From NCBI GenBank assembly GCA_032249235.1, contig JAVVGF010000003.1, forward strand, positions 96,001 to 160,000: DNA of 64,000 nucleotides. The letters run 5' to 3'. The first letter of the stretch is position 1. Each line of letters opens with the position of its first letter. Below the pieces are notes generated by a model. That model worked only from the letters and a program-made list of their open reading frames with translations, was not told where the DNA came from and searched no databases. This stretch comes from Thermoproteota archaeon (GTDB taxonomy: Archaea; Thermoproteota; Thermoprotei; Gearchaeales; Gearchaeaceae). Made by a program: the position numbers and the translations under genes. Of this stretch, positions 19,951 to 29,473 are shown piece after piece.

Positions 19951-21108
19951 TTAAACTATAACTTTCAATCTTGATTTGGCAAAAAATGCGATGTATAAAG
20001 ATATAGCTGAAATAGATATCGATAGTATTGAAATACTAGCTAATTCAGCAAGAGAACCGATTAGCGATGGAAAAGCTGCGGAGCCTGAATCACCTATGAA
20101 TTGCCAAAATGCTAAAAATGAAACGCCTTTTTCTTTACCCATTTTGTTGCTTATATCTCCGCCTATAGTAATTAGCAATCCTGAGCCAAAACCATTTCCT
20201 AAACCTATTATCATAGAAGCGAAGAAAAAGCTAATTTGGTCATAAGACAAAGCCAATAACACAAAACCTACAGCAACTATTGAAAAACTTATCAAGGCAT
20301 TTACATGTCTTCCTTTCCTATCCATTATGTATCCTGAAGGATATGAGCTAATAACATCGAGAAAACCTGAAAGGCTTATTGCTAATGCTACTTCGTTATC
20401 TTTTAAGCTTAACAAATATTTTCCTACTAAAGGTAATAGGATTGTTCTGCTCGATCTAATTCCTTGAATCAATATTTGCATTGAAAGTAAAGATAACAAG
20501 GAACTAAGGTTTAATTTTATTTCTTCTTGTTTACTAGTTTTTTCTTCAAGTTCGACTCTAATTAAGCTACTAGCTACGTTTAATAGGGAAGCTATTAAAG
20601 TTATTATAAAACAAACCAAGAAAACTTCATCATAGCTTGAGAAAGAAAGTATTGTTGCAGCTAAGCTAGGACCTAAGAATGTTCCCAATCTTTCAGAAGC
20701 TCCTATAAGTGCTGAAGCTCTTCCACGAACTTCGTATTCCAAATAATATGAAATTACGTATCTTCTTGAAAATAACCAAAGACTTCTCCCTGCTCCATAT
20801 AACATAGCAAGAAATATAACTAGATAGGATTCGAGATAAATCATCAATACTGCAAAAGAACTCAATATTAATGAGATATTCATTAGCTTTCTTTCTCCAA
20901 TTTTCTTTGCAAGCTTTCCTGCAGGCAAATCTAGAATTAAATTACCTATCGCTATCGCAGCTGTTCCAATACCTACATAAGTTGAACTATATCCTAAAGA
21001 TATTAAATATAAGGGAATAGTTGTAATCATTGCACCTCTTGCTATAGCAGCAAGCGTAGAAGGAATATAAACATCAAATACGAGCCAAGACCAAAGTGAA
21101 TTTTTCAC
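19951..21108 (-). CDS. MFS transporter
   Basis: About 12 TM segments; loop motifs GKLAKKIGERK and GYIMDRKGR. Confidence 0.88.
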   Translation of the reverse strand: MKNSLWSWLVFDVYIPSTLAAIARGAMITTIPLYLISLGYSSTYVGIGTAAIAIGNLILDLPAGKLAKKIGERKLMNISLILSSFAVLMIYLESYLVIFLAMLYGAGRSLWLFSRRYVISYYLEYEVRGRASALIGASERLGTFLGPSLAATILSFSSYDEVFLVCFIITLIASLLNVASSLIRVELEEKTSKQEEIKLNLSSLLSLLSMQILIQGIRSSRTILLPLVGKYLLSLKDNEVALAISLSGFLDVISSYPSGYIMDRKGRHVNALISFSIVAVGFVLLALSYDQISFFFASMIIGLGNGFGSGLLITIGGDISNKMGKEKGVSFLAFWQFIGDSGSAAFPSLIGSLAELASISILSISISAISLYIAFFAKSRLKVIV

Positions 21109-21495
21109 CAGGGAGTCTTAAGTCAAGCCCTAATATATTCTTTGTTTCGAAATTAGCCATTAATGAGATTGAGGTATGCTGAGATTTAATCCTAGACCTG
21201 AAATAACATGAATCGCTCAAAGCTGACCTAAAGATTTGAATGATGATAAGATTTGAAAAGAATAATTGAAATCAAATACCACTCTTTGAATAGTTTAGTT
21301 GAAGACTTCATTAAAGAAGTAAGAAAATCAAAATTTATTTAACTGAATTGTAGAAATCGATTCAATCTTTATCTGTTATGCTATACGTTTGAAAAATTTC
21401 TAATTTTAAAAAATTATTCGAACATAAAATAATCAGCAAACCATAGAATCAAATAGAACATTCAGTTAAATTTATATATATGTGCTAATTCTGTT

Positions 21496-21939
21496 ATGAA
21501 TAGATTGGTGCTATATTTGATGTTAGCAATATTGCTCGTAGCAGCACAAAATTCAACGACAACAACACAAATTACTCAGCATGAGCTAAGTTCTAATAAA
21601 CATTTTATAAAAACTAATGAAGAGATATACCCTTATTGGGTTAGACTTATCTATTACGTTCCTTATGTGGCGAATGGTACTGGGAATGGAACAGGTAAGA
21701 CTGAACATTGCGGTGCGATTTTCTTTTCATATACAATCTTTAACTGGGCTTCAGAAATTGGATTCACAAGTTGGAAAGGTCCACAAAAAACTATGGCACC
21801 GGATAATTGCGCTAACCCTGCAGATTTTGCCTATTTTGATTTCCTGGTAAATGAAACAGTTTATATTCCTGGCTACGGTTACTATACTTCACAGGTTTAT
21901 AAGTATGAATGTTATTTTCAAACCTGTTATGAAGGATAA
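21496..21939 (+). CDS. Hypothetical secreted Cys-containing protein (possibly truncated by an in-frame TAA)
   Basis: Signal peptide, Thr-rich linker, N-x-S/T sequons, 4 Cys. The frame stays open for 39 codons after the stop, to 22059. Confidence 0.65.
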   Translation: MNRLVLYLMLAILLVAAQNSTTTTQITQHELSSNKHFIKTNEEIYPYWVRLIYYVPYVANGTGNGTGKTEHCGAIFFSYTIFNWASEIGFTSWKGPQKTMAPDNCANPADFAYFDFLVNETVYIPGYGYYTSQVYKYECYFQTCYEG

Positions 21940-22028
21940 GTTTCATATCATCCTAATTTACTACATAATGGTATTCCTGTAAAATTGACCTATGATCTTG
22001 CTTGGGAATACCTCTATACATTAAATAC

Positions 22029-23429
22029 ATGTTCTATAGAAAACTCATCAAGAGTTTAAATTTTTTTACTTTACTTTTTTTCATAATCCTTTCTTTTTTA
22101 ATAATCACTTATATAATTGAAATATTCATTTTTGGTTATCCCTTAATGTTCTTACCACTAGCACAGATTCGGTATCATAGTGGCGAAAACATTTTTTATA
22201 CTTATTTTATAATTTTAAATACATTATTTATTATAATTAGTTTTTTTATAATTCTTGATTTTTACTATGATACGATAGGAAATAGAACTTATATTATGTC
22301 ATCAATCTTATCTCCTTTTCTTGGCATCCTTGTTGTCTTAATAAGATATATTAAAGAAAATAAAAATGTTAAAATATTTTATTTATATTTAATAGTTTCT
22401 ATTATTTCAACAGTACTACTCTTTATAACTATAAATTCACTATTTCCAATACCTATATTGATTATCACAAATCCTATATTTGGAAAGTTCCCTTATAATC
22501 AGTTCCCTTTTAATAAACCACCCATAATTAACGTTAGTATTTATGAAATAATTTTCTATAACCTTATTACTCCTTTTCAAATATTTACATATATATCAAA
22601 TTTTATTTTGTTTTATATATTATATAAATTCCAAAATAACTTACTTGAAAATAAAGTTGCTTTAAAATATATTCGATTTTTACCAATACCATTCATCATA
22701 TTTTTAGTTTTCGTAGGAATAACAAACATTTATGATACCATTCCTGATATATTTAAGGTTACTGATTTTGCTTGGAAATTTTATCCTTATAGATATAATG
22801 ATCTTGATATCTGGAAAAATATTATTACTTTTAATTTAAATAACCAATTGTTTCTTAGTGATTTCATTATATTTGTTTCAATTATACTTTTATTAGTAAG
22901 CTTGTTTATTTTGAAAAAAGAAGGAAAAGTGATACTATGTGCAGTTTCTTTGGTTTTACTAGCTATTTCCAGATATTTCGCCTATAACCCATTTACAGGA
23001 ATTTCTCTTAATTCAAAGTATTTTTATTTTTTAAGTTTTCCTTTTATTTTAGATTTGCAATATCAGAACTTTATATTTATTGTTTATTTGATTTACTTAA
23101 TTTTGTTAATAATATACACAAGATATAGAAGATTGGCAAAAATGATATTTATAGCTAATACATTATTACTGGGATTAATATTAATATTAGGTTATAAAAA
23201 ATATGCAAATTTAGCCAGTCTTAATCTATCTCACATGCTTGCCTTGTTGGATTATTCTCTCGGTGTAGGATTCAATGGAATAATTACTCAGCTCCCTGCA
23301 TATTTATTAGTCAGAATTTCTTATTTCTCTTATACCTATTATTCAATGTTTTTTACGATGGGCATTTTAATCTTCTCGACTGCAATACTCTATTTAATTG
23401 ATAGTATGAAAAATGAATTGTTCATTTAG
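22029..23429 (+). CDS. Hypothetical polytopic membrane protein, very AT-rich
   Basis: 466-aa ORF from ATG 22029 with many hydrophobic segments; no family recognised. Confidence 0.65.
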   Translation: MFYRKLIKSLNFFTLLFFIILSFLIITYIIEIFIFGYPLMFLPLAQIRYHSGENIFYTYFIILNTLFIIISFFIILDFYYDTIGNRTYIMSSILSPFLGILVVLIRYIKENKNVKIFYLYLIVSIISTVLLFITINSLFPIPILIITNPIFGKFPYNQFPFNKPPIINVSIYEIIFYNLITPFQIFTYISNFILFYILYKFQNNLLENKVALKYIRFLPIPFIIFLVFVGITNIYDTIPDIFKVTDFAWKFYPYRYNDLDIWKNIITFNLNNQLFLSDFIIFVSIILLLVSLFILKKEGKVILCAVSLVLLAISRYFAYNPFTGISLNSKYFYFLSFPFILDLQYQNFIFIVYLIYLILLIIYTRYRRLAKMIFIANTLLLGLILILGYKKYANLASLNLSHMLALLDYSLGVGFNGIITQLPAYLLVRISYFSYTYYSMFFTMGILIFSTAILYLIDSMKNELFI

Positions 23430-24126
23430 TTTCTAAGATGAGATAATTGTACATTAATGAAGCAATTATCGCTCCTAATATAGGTCCAATCCAATATACG
23501 TACCAATCTTTAAAGAACATCGCCGCTAACTCGGGTCCAAATGCTCTAGCAGGATTCATTACTGCACCAGTTAAAGGCCCTCCTATGAATACGTTAGCAG
23601 TAACTGTTAAACCTATCGCAAATCCTGCAACCTTAGGAGCTCTTTTATCTATTGCTGTAGCAAAAATGACATAAACTAAGAAGAAAGTCAAGATCGTTTC
23701 TAAGAATATTCCTTGATAAATGCTTATCGAAGAATCTAGCGAAGGTGCTCCGTAATGAACAGATTCTGCTACTTTCTTTGGAGTTAAAGCGAATAAGAAT
23801 GCTCCTGCTAGAGCAGCACCTATAAGTTGAGCTACTATATAAGAGATTGCATCTATGAGTTTTATTCTTCTTGTTACCAAAGCTCCGATCGTTACAGCAG
23901 GATTGATATGTCCTCCAGAAATATTCATTGTCACAGTGACAGCGAGAGCTAAAGCTAAGCCATTTGCAAAAGCCGCGATGAAAAGATTTGAAAATAGTTG
24001 TAAAGACATTGCAGCTCCTATTGCTGATCCAGCGCCTGCAAAAACGAAAAATAAAGTACCAATTAATTCGACTAACGACCTTTTAAAAAGACTTGCTTGG
24101 TTTGAAGAAGAATTATTGGATCCCAT
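23422..24126 (-). CDS. MIP family channel (aquaporin)
   Basis: SGGHINPAVT and MNPARAFGP, two NPA boxes. Confidence 0.95.
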   Translation of the reverse strand: MGSNNSSSNQASLFKRSLVELIGTLFFVFAGAGSAIGAAMSLQLFSNLFIAAFANGLALALAVTVTMNISGGHINPAVTIGALVTRRIKLIDAISYIVAQLIGAALAGAFLFALTPKKVAESVHYGAPSLDSSISIYQGIFLETILTFFLVYVIFATAIDKRAPKVAGFAIGLTVTANVFIGGPLTGAVMNPARAFGPELAAMFFKDWYVYWIGPILGAIIASLMYNYLILETK

Positions 24127-24335
24127 ATTATATCAGATAATAATTCATATAAAAATATATCTTGGCGTTCAGTCTTCTTTTAATTTGAAAAATAAAGTAT
24201 ATTGCGAAGATTTTTTTAAGGGAAATTAAAGAATTTTTTAATAAAAATAAAATACTGTTTAGAAGGAATTTGCTACATTCTAAATTATTTCATAGAAATT
24301 AAGAATAAAAATTAATTAAATTAAAAACTTATCCT

Positions 24336-26114
24336 TTACTTCATTTCCTTAAGTTCTGGAAAGTCTGTATAGAAGTATTCCTTTTCTCTTCTACCTTGCC
24401 CCTTCCTTAACCTTTCCTCTTCTTCTTTACGGAGTTGGCTTCTTCTTATCTTTTGTCCAGTACTTAAAGGAAGTGTGGATACGAACTCTATAATTCTGGG
24501 AACTTTGAATTTAGGAAGAATTTTAATGCAATGTTTGAATAATTCCTTAGCCATATCAGCTGAGGCTTCATATCCTGCTCGAAGGACAACAAAAGCTTTT
24601 ATTATTTGATAATATTCTGGATGAGGAACACCAATTACAGCGCTTTCAGCTACTGCTGGATGTTCAAGTAAAGCACTTTCTACCTCAAAAGGACCAATTC
24701 TATAATCGGAGGATTTGATCACATCATCTGCTCTACCTATGAACCACAAATAGCCATCTTCATCACGCATAGCTTTATCACCTGTGTAGTAATAGTTTCC
24801 TCTGAAGACTTCTTTATCTCTCTCAGGTTCACCCATGTAACCAATGAATAGTCCGATAGGCCTCCATTTATTTAATCTGACCACTATATGCCCTTCTTGA
24901 TTAGGAGTGGTGATTTCTCTTCCTTCATCGTCAACTAGTATTATGTCATACATGAAACTTGGGAAGCCGAAAGAGCCTGGCTTTACTCTATCTACATGCC
25001 ATGGGAAATTGCCTATCATCAACGTAGTTTCTGTTTGTCCGTAACAATCACGAACAACTATTCCAAAATGCTTCTTAATTATTTGGATTATTTCAGGATT
25101 AAGAGGTTCTCCAGCGCTTATAAGCTCTTTAAGTGCACCGAAATCATATTTGGAAGTGATCTCCTCAAGATTCAATTTTATAATCCTTCTCCAAGCAGTA
25201 GGAGGTGCACAAAAGCTATTAACCCTTATTTTAGCGATATATTCTAGATACTTTTCATAATTCAAAGATCCCTTCCAATAAAAGCCTGATGTCGTTGCTC
25301 CAACGTTAAGCGGTGAGAAGAAATTGCTCCAAGCCCATTTCGCCCACCCAGGAGCGCTCAAATTATTATGAATCCATCCAGGTCTTACACCTATTCCAGC
25401 CGCTGTGCTAAGATGACCTACAGGATATGAAAGATTTGTGTGGAGCACGCGCTTTGGCAAAGCAACAGTTCCTGAAGTGAAGAAACAAAAAGCAGGATCT
25501 ATTCTAGCATTCGTTTTCGCAGGTTCGGCATATTCTGATGCGTGACTTGCTTCATCATAACTAATCCATCCTTTCTCTCCTTTACCTATGACTATCTTAA
25601 CTTTTGGAGTTTTTCCGGCTTCTCTTAAAGCTTGGTCGATTACGCTAGCAACATCTTCATGTGCTAAGACAATATCTGGAGGATAAACTTCGAATCGATA
25701 TTTAAGATCATTCACTTTCATCGTCATAGCTGTAGGAATAGCAATAATTCCTCCTCTTAAAGCAGCTAAGGTAGTGAACCACATTTCTGGAATATTCGGT
25801 ATCATCTGGTAGATGCTATCTCCTTTTTTAACATTATGTTCGCGCATGAAATTGAGAAACTTATTCGCATTAATTTTACATTCTTTATAAGTGAAGCTTC
25901 TTACTTCGTCATTATCAAGATTAACCCAAATTAAGGCTTCTTGATTTGGTCTTTCATTACAATGCAAGCCTTCAAATATCTCATCCTCCCAGTTGAAGTA
26001 TTCAGGCAATGGCATATGATTCAGTTTGTTGAAAAATTCTTTCATTTTAGCTTCTCTTAGCTTTAAATCATCCAAGTCCTGTATTCTTATAAATTCTTCA
26101 AATATCTCTTTCAT
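24336..26114 (-). CDS. Acetyl/short-chain acyl-CoA synthetase (AMP-forming)
   Basis: FTSGTVALPK, PGWAKWAW, YGQTET, TGD, GRADD, KIRR. Start placed at ATG 26114. Confidence 0.88.
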   Translation of the reverse strand: MKEIFEEFIRIQDLDDLKLREAKMKEFFNKLNHMPLPEYFNWEDEIFEGLHCNERPNQEALIWVNLDNDEVRSFTYKECKINANKFLNFMREHNVKKGDSIYQMIPNIPEMWFTTLAALRGGIIAIPTAMTMKVNDLKYRFEVYPPDIVLAHEDVASVIDQALREAGKTPKVKIVIGKGEKGWISYDEASHASEYAEPAKTNARIDPAFCFFTSGTVALPKRVLHTNLSYPVGHLSTAAGIGVRPGWIHNNLSAPGWAKWAWSNFFSPLNVGATTSGFYWKGSLNYEKYLEYIAKIRVNSFCAPPTAWRRIIKLNLEEITSKYDFGALKELISAGEPLNPEIIQIIKKHFGIVVRDCYGQTETTLMIGNFPWHVDRVKPGSFGFPSFMYDIILVDDEGREITTPNQEGHIVVRLNKWRPIGLFIGYMGEPERDKEVFRGNYYYTGDKAMRDEDGYLWFIGRADDVIKSSDYRIGPFEVESALLEHPAVAESAVIGVPHPEYYQIIKAFVVLRAGYEASADMAKELFKHCIKILPKFKVPRIIEFVSTLPLSTGQKIRRSQLRKEEEERLRKGQGRREKEYFYTDFPELKEMK

Positions 26115-26228
26115 ATTCCTACATGAAATTATCTCGATCCAATCTATAAAATATAATATAGGTACACAGGAGTCATTACAATAAAATGTAGAAAATCCAG
26201 TTTTATTTCCATACAAGATTTAATACAT

Positions 26229-26732
26229 ATGGAAATATACAGAGGTAAAAAGTTCAACGTATATTTAGATAAAGTTATTCTTCCTAATGGAAAAGAAAAA
26301 ATCATAGAGAAAATAGAACATAAAGGTTCTGTAGTAATCATTCCAATTTTAAATAGCAAAGTTATATTACTTAAACAGTATAGACCAGTTATTAATAAAT
26401 GGCTATACGAGCTTCCTGCAGGAACTTTAGAAAGCGATGACATAATTGAAGAAGCTAAAAGAGAATTATTGGAAGAAACAGGTTATGAAGCGAGCGAAAT
26501 GAAATATCTTTTTAGATTTTATGCATCACCAGGAATTTCTTCTGAAATTATGTATATTGTCTTGGCTAAAGATTTAAATTACAAGGGAAGAAAAGCTGAA
26601 GAAGGAGAAATTATAAATGTCGAAATTAAAAGTCTTGAAGATGTTAAAGACATGATTTTTAAAGGCGAAATTATAGATGGAAAAACCATATCAGCGATAC
26701 TATTTTATTTAAATTATTTCAATAAGATTTAG
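26229..26732 (+). CDS. Nudix hydrolase (ADP-ribose pyrophosphatase-like)
   Basis: ELPAG...AKRELLEETG Nudix box, KQYRP, SPG. Confidence 0.92.
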   Translation: MEIYRGKKFNVYLDKVILPNGKEKIIEKIEHKGSVVIIPILNSKVILLKQYRPVINKWLYELPAGTLESDDIIEEAKRELLEETGYEASEMKYLFRFYASPGISSEIMYIVLAKDLNYKGRKAEEGEIINVEIKSLEDVKDMIFKGEIIDGKTISAILFYLNYFNKI

Positions 26733-26857
26733 AACTTTTTATATTCTTTTAAATTAAGTCAGCTAAACCTAATTCGAAAGATAAAATTCTTCGTTAAAAT
26801 CGAAGAAGAAAAGAAAATATTTTGTGAACAATATTAATAAATTAAAATTTAATTCTC

Positions 26858-27601
26858 CTACAAACCTAGTTTAGCTTTAATCATTGCTATGTCTTCTTCT
26901 ATTTTTCTCAATCTTTCATTTAATAATGCTCTGATATCTCTTCTCAGTCTTCTAAACTCAATCTTAATATCTTTCCTCATATCTTTTATGTCATTTTTCA
27001 TACCTTTAATTTCGTTTAAAGTTTCTTCTTGTAAGCTTATAACTTGTTTAAAATTGTTATCTGTTTTATTAACGAAGTCTCTAAATTCGTTTCTAAAATC
27101 TGTAAATTCCTCTCTAAAATCTCTGAACTCTTGCCTGAAGTCTCTAAATTCGTTTCTAAAATCTGTAAATTCTTTTCTAAAGTCTCTAAACTCCTGTCTA
27201 AAGTCTCTAAATTCTTGTCTATAATCCCTGAATTCTTTTCTAAAATCTCTGAATTCTTGCCAATAATCCATGAATATACTTTGCATGGAGCCAAATCCCT
27301 CTTGTAATTCTTCTGCTAAATCGCCATATTTTATAGTGAAGTACTTTATACTAGCATCATAAGAAGCAGGTTCTTTCTCTATTTTCGTAACAACTATAGG
27401 AAGAGGAGCTTTAGTTATAGCTTCGATGAATTTTTCGATCTTGTTTTCTTCTCCTTGAACGAAAATACTTACGGAACCATCCAATTCATTCTTAATATAG
27501 CCTTGTAATGATAAAGCCTGAGCGTTATCTAAAGCATATCTTCTAAATCCAACTCTTTGAACCCTTCCGTAAACCTTTATGTTGTAAGCTTTTAATTCCA
27601 C
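26858..27601 (-). CDS. Acylphosphatase domain fused to a Phe-zipper heptad coiled coil (paralog 2)
   Basis: GRVQRVGFR and KNELDGSV; nine EF(R/T)D(F/Y)Rx heptads; C-terminus similar to paralog 1. Confidence 0.85.
   Translation of the reverse strand: MELKAYNIKVYGRVQRVGFRRYALDNAQALSLQGYIKNELDGSVSIFVQGEENKIEKFIEAITKAPLPIVVTKIEKEPASYDASIKYFTIKYGDLAEELQEGFGSMQSIFMDYWQEFRDFRKEFRDYRQEFRDFRQEFRDFRKEFTDFRNEFRDFRQEFRDFREEFTDFRNEFRDFVNKTDNNFKQVISLQEETLNEIKGMKNDIKDMRKDIKIEFRRLRRDIRALLNERLRKIEEDIAMIKAKLGL
27068..27256 (-). repeat. 21-bp coding tandem repeat x9 (EFRDFRx) with 63-bp higher-order duplication
   Basis: An exact 36-bp copy occurs at 27074-27109 and 27137-27172. Confidence 0.92.
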
Positions 27602-28020
27602 AAATACTCTAAATGATACAAATATTAAAGCTTATTCATGCATGTAGTCAGCTTAAGTTTTTATAATGTCTTATTTGGCTCTAAATTTTTGGGAATAATA
27701 TCTCTATATTAAAAGCAATTATTAAATAAAAATAAAGATTAAGTGTGCACAATGATCTGTTGGATATCTGTTATTTTTTTATTCTTAAATTTTCTTAATA
27801 AATAAATAAGATTTGATGTTAATAACACTATTCCATTAGAAGAAAGAAATTAAATATGTAACGATAGGATAGCGAGAAAGATTAATTCGATTTGCTGTAT
27901 TTTACTTAATTAATTTTTTTATTAAACCATTTAGCTAACTTGCTAGATATTTTGCTTTTGCTACTGTTTTCAAGAGACATAAATCGTATTAGTCTCACAT
28001 ATTTTTTATCTCAATTTAGT

Positions 28021-28329
28021 TCAAACCTTCTCTTCTCGAAAAACTCCTAAACCGTCATATAATACTTTCTTGTCTTTTAACATCGACTTTATTATTATAT
28101 TATTAAGCTTATTAGGTGTTATTACGATGATATCAGCTGAGAATCCTCTTTTCATATTATATAGTTTTGATGCTTCTTCAATTTCATCTTCAACCTTTTC
28201 TAGGATAACTAGAATATCGTAATCGCTTGACGGCCAAAAATCTCCTCTAGCTCTAGAACCAAAAAGTGCTATGCTCACTTTGCCATTATAGTAATTAATT
28301 ATCTTTTTTATGAATTCCTCAAATTGCAC
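28021..28329 (-). CDS. Minimal nucleotidyltransferase (MNT)
   Basis: LFGSRARGD..SDYDILV. Confidence 0.88.
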   Translation of the reverse strand: MQFEEFIKKIINYYNGKVSIALFGSRARGDFWPSSDYDILVILEKVEDEIEEASKLYNMKRGFSADIIVITPNKLNNIIIKSMLKDKKVLYDGLGVFREEKV

Positions 28330-28359
28330 ATTTAAAAATCATTTTAACATCATAAAAAT

Positions 28360-28746
28360 ATGGTTGAGAAATTTTGGTTTGAAAAGTCTAAAGAATTTTT
28401 AGAAATTGCTAGAAATAATAAGGAGAGTCATCCTTGGTTATCATGTTTTGCATCTCAACAAAGCGTAGAATTAGCGCTAAAAGGAATACTAGTTAAATAT
28501 AAAGGTTCATATCCCTTAACGCATGACTTAGGAGAATTGTTGAATTTGATAGGAAAGGAATTCTCAATAACGATATTACCAGAGATATTGAAGGAGTGTG
28601 ACTTCTTAACACCTCATTACACGCAGGCAAGATACTCAATGATTACTAACTATAATTCAAGAAAGGCTGAAAATTGCATTAATTCAGCTGAACGAATTTT
28701 GAGTTGGCTAAGTAGTTTTTTCAAAGAAATTAAAGAAATTCTTTGA
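28360..28746 (+). CDS. HEPN domain protein
   Basis: CFASQQSVELALKG, THDL, LTPHYTQARY. Confidence 0.88.
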   Translation: MVEKFWFEKSKEFLEIARNNKESHPWLSCFASQQSVELALKGILVKYKGSYPLTHDLGELLNLIGKEFSITILPEILKECDFLTPHYTQARYSMITNYNSRKAENCINSAERILSWLSSFFKEIKEIL

Positions 28747-28840
28747 GGATTTCTTTATAGATAAAGAATTCATCAAACACAATCTCACTGTCGATTATTA
28801 TGATGTAAAATTTTTATTGTCTTTCTTCATCCTTTATTCT

Positions 28841-29473
28841 ATGAAGATTCTGGCTATATATAATCATTTTGCTGAAACATTGGGTACACTGAAACAATTT
28901 TTGAAAGATGTTGAAGAAGAACACGCTGAAAATATAAAGGGTGATGAAGAATTCGATGCACTAATCATAATGGGTGGACCAATGGGAGTTTATGAAGCTG
29001 ACAAGTATCCATTCCTTGCAAGAGAAATGGAATTAATCAAAAAAGCCTACAAACAAAGAAAGAGAATTTTAGGTATTTGTTTAGGTTCGCAATTGATTGC
29101 CGAGACATTAGGGGGAAAGGTGATGAAAGGACAATTTGGATGTGAGTTAGGACTACAGAAGGTTAAATTACTAGATGAAATGAAGGAGTTCTTTGGTCAA
29201 GAGGAACTCGATGTTTTTCAATATCACTGCGATACTTTTACATTACCACCTAATTCAAAATTATTAGCCTACAGCGAGAAATATTATCAAGCTTTCAGAA
29301 TAGAAAAGATCTTAGGCCTCCAGTTCCACATAGAAGTTGATTCGAATATGGTTAAGAGATGGTCAGAGGTTTACGGTTTAGATATTAAATTCGTCGAGGA
29401 AGTTAAAAGGTATGAAAATGAACTTAAAAAGAAGGCTGAGAGCATGATAAACTATTGGCTTTCTTTAAAATAA
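28841..29473 (+). CDS. Class I glutamine amidotransferase (GMP synthase GATase-like, standalone)
   Basis: MGGPM, GICLGSQ, QFHIE triad. Confidence 0.88.
   Translation: MKILAIYNHFAETLGTLKQFLKDVEEEHAENIKGDEEFDALIIMGGPMGVYEADKYPFLAREMELIKKAYKQRKRILGICLGSQLIAETLGGKVMKGQFGCELGLQKVKLLDEMKEFFGQEELDVFQYHCDTFTLPPNSKLLAYSEKYYQAFRIEKILGLQFHIEVDSNMVKRWSEVYGLDIKFVEEVKRYENELKKKAESMINYWLSLK

Noticed and set aside
21160-21345. Possible C/D box sRNA or gene remnant (three CTGA and one ATGATGA)
   Set aside because: The boxes are in the wrong order and spacing (C box downstream of the D boxes), and the translated fragments are not recognisable.
26115-26216. N-terminal extension of the acyl-CoA synthetase in the ORF track (similar cases at 9426, 28817, 30397, 48474, 54114, 62411)
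   Set aside because: The extensions run through promoter-like AT-rich DNA; downstream ATGs fit the family N-termini better.
27068-27256. Possible CRISPR array (also 32340-32540)
   Set aside because: Contiguous in-frame coding repeats with no unique spacers and no cas genes.
27037-27307. Alternative-frame and antisense ORFs over the EFRDFR repeat (also 26889-27224 and 13443-13722)
   Set aside because: Shadows of stop-free 21-bp repeats within the acylphosphatase genes.
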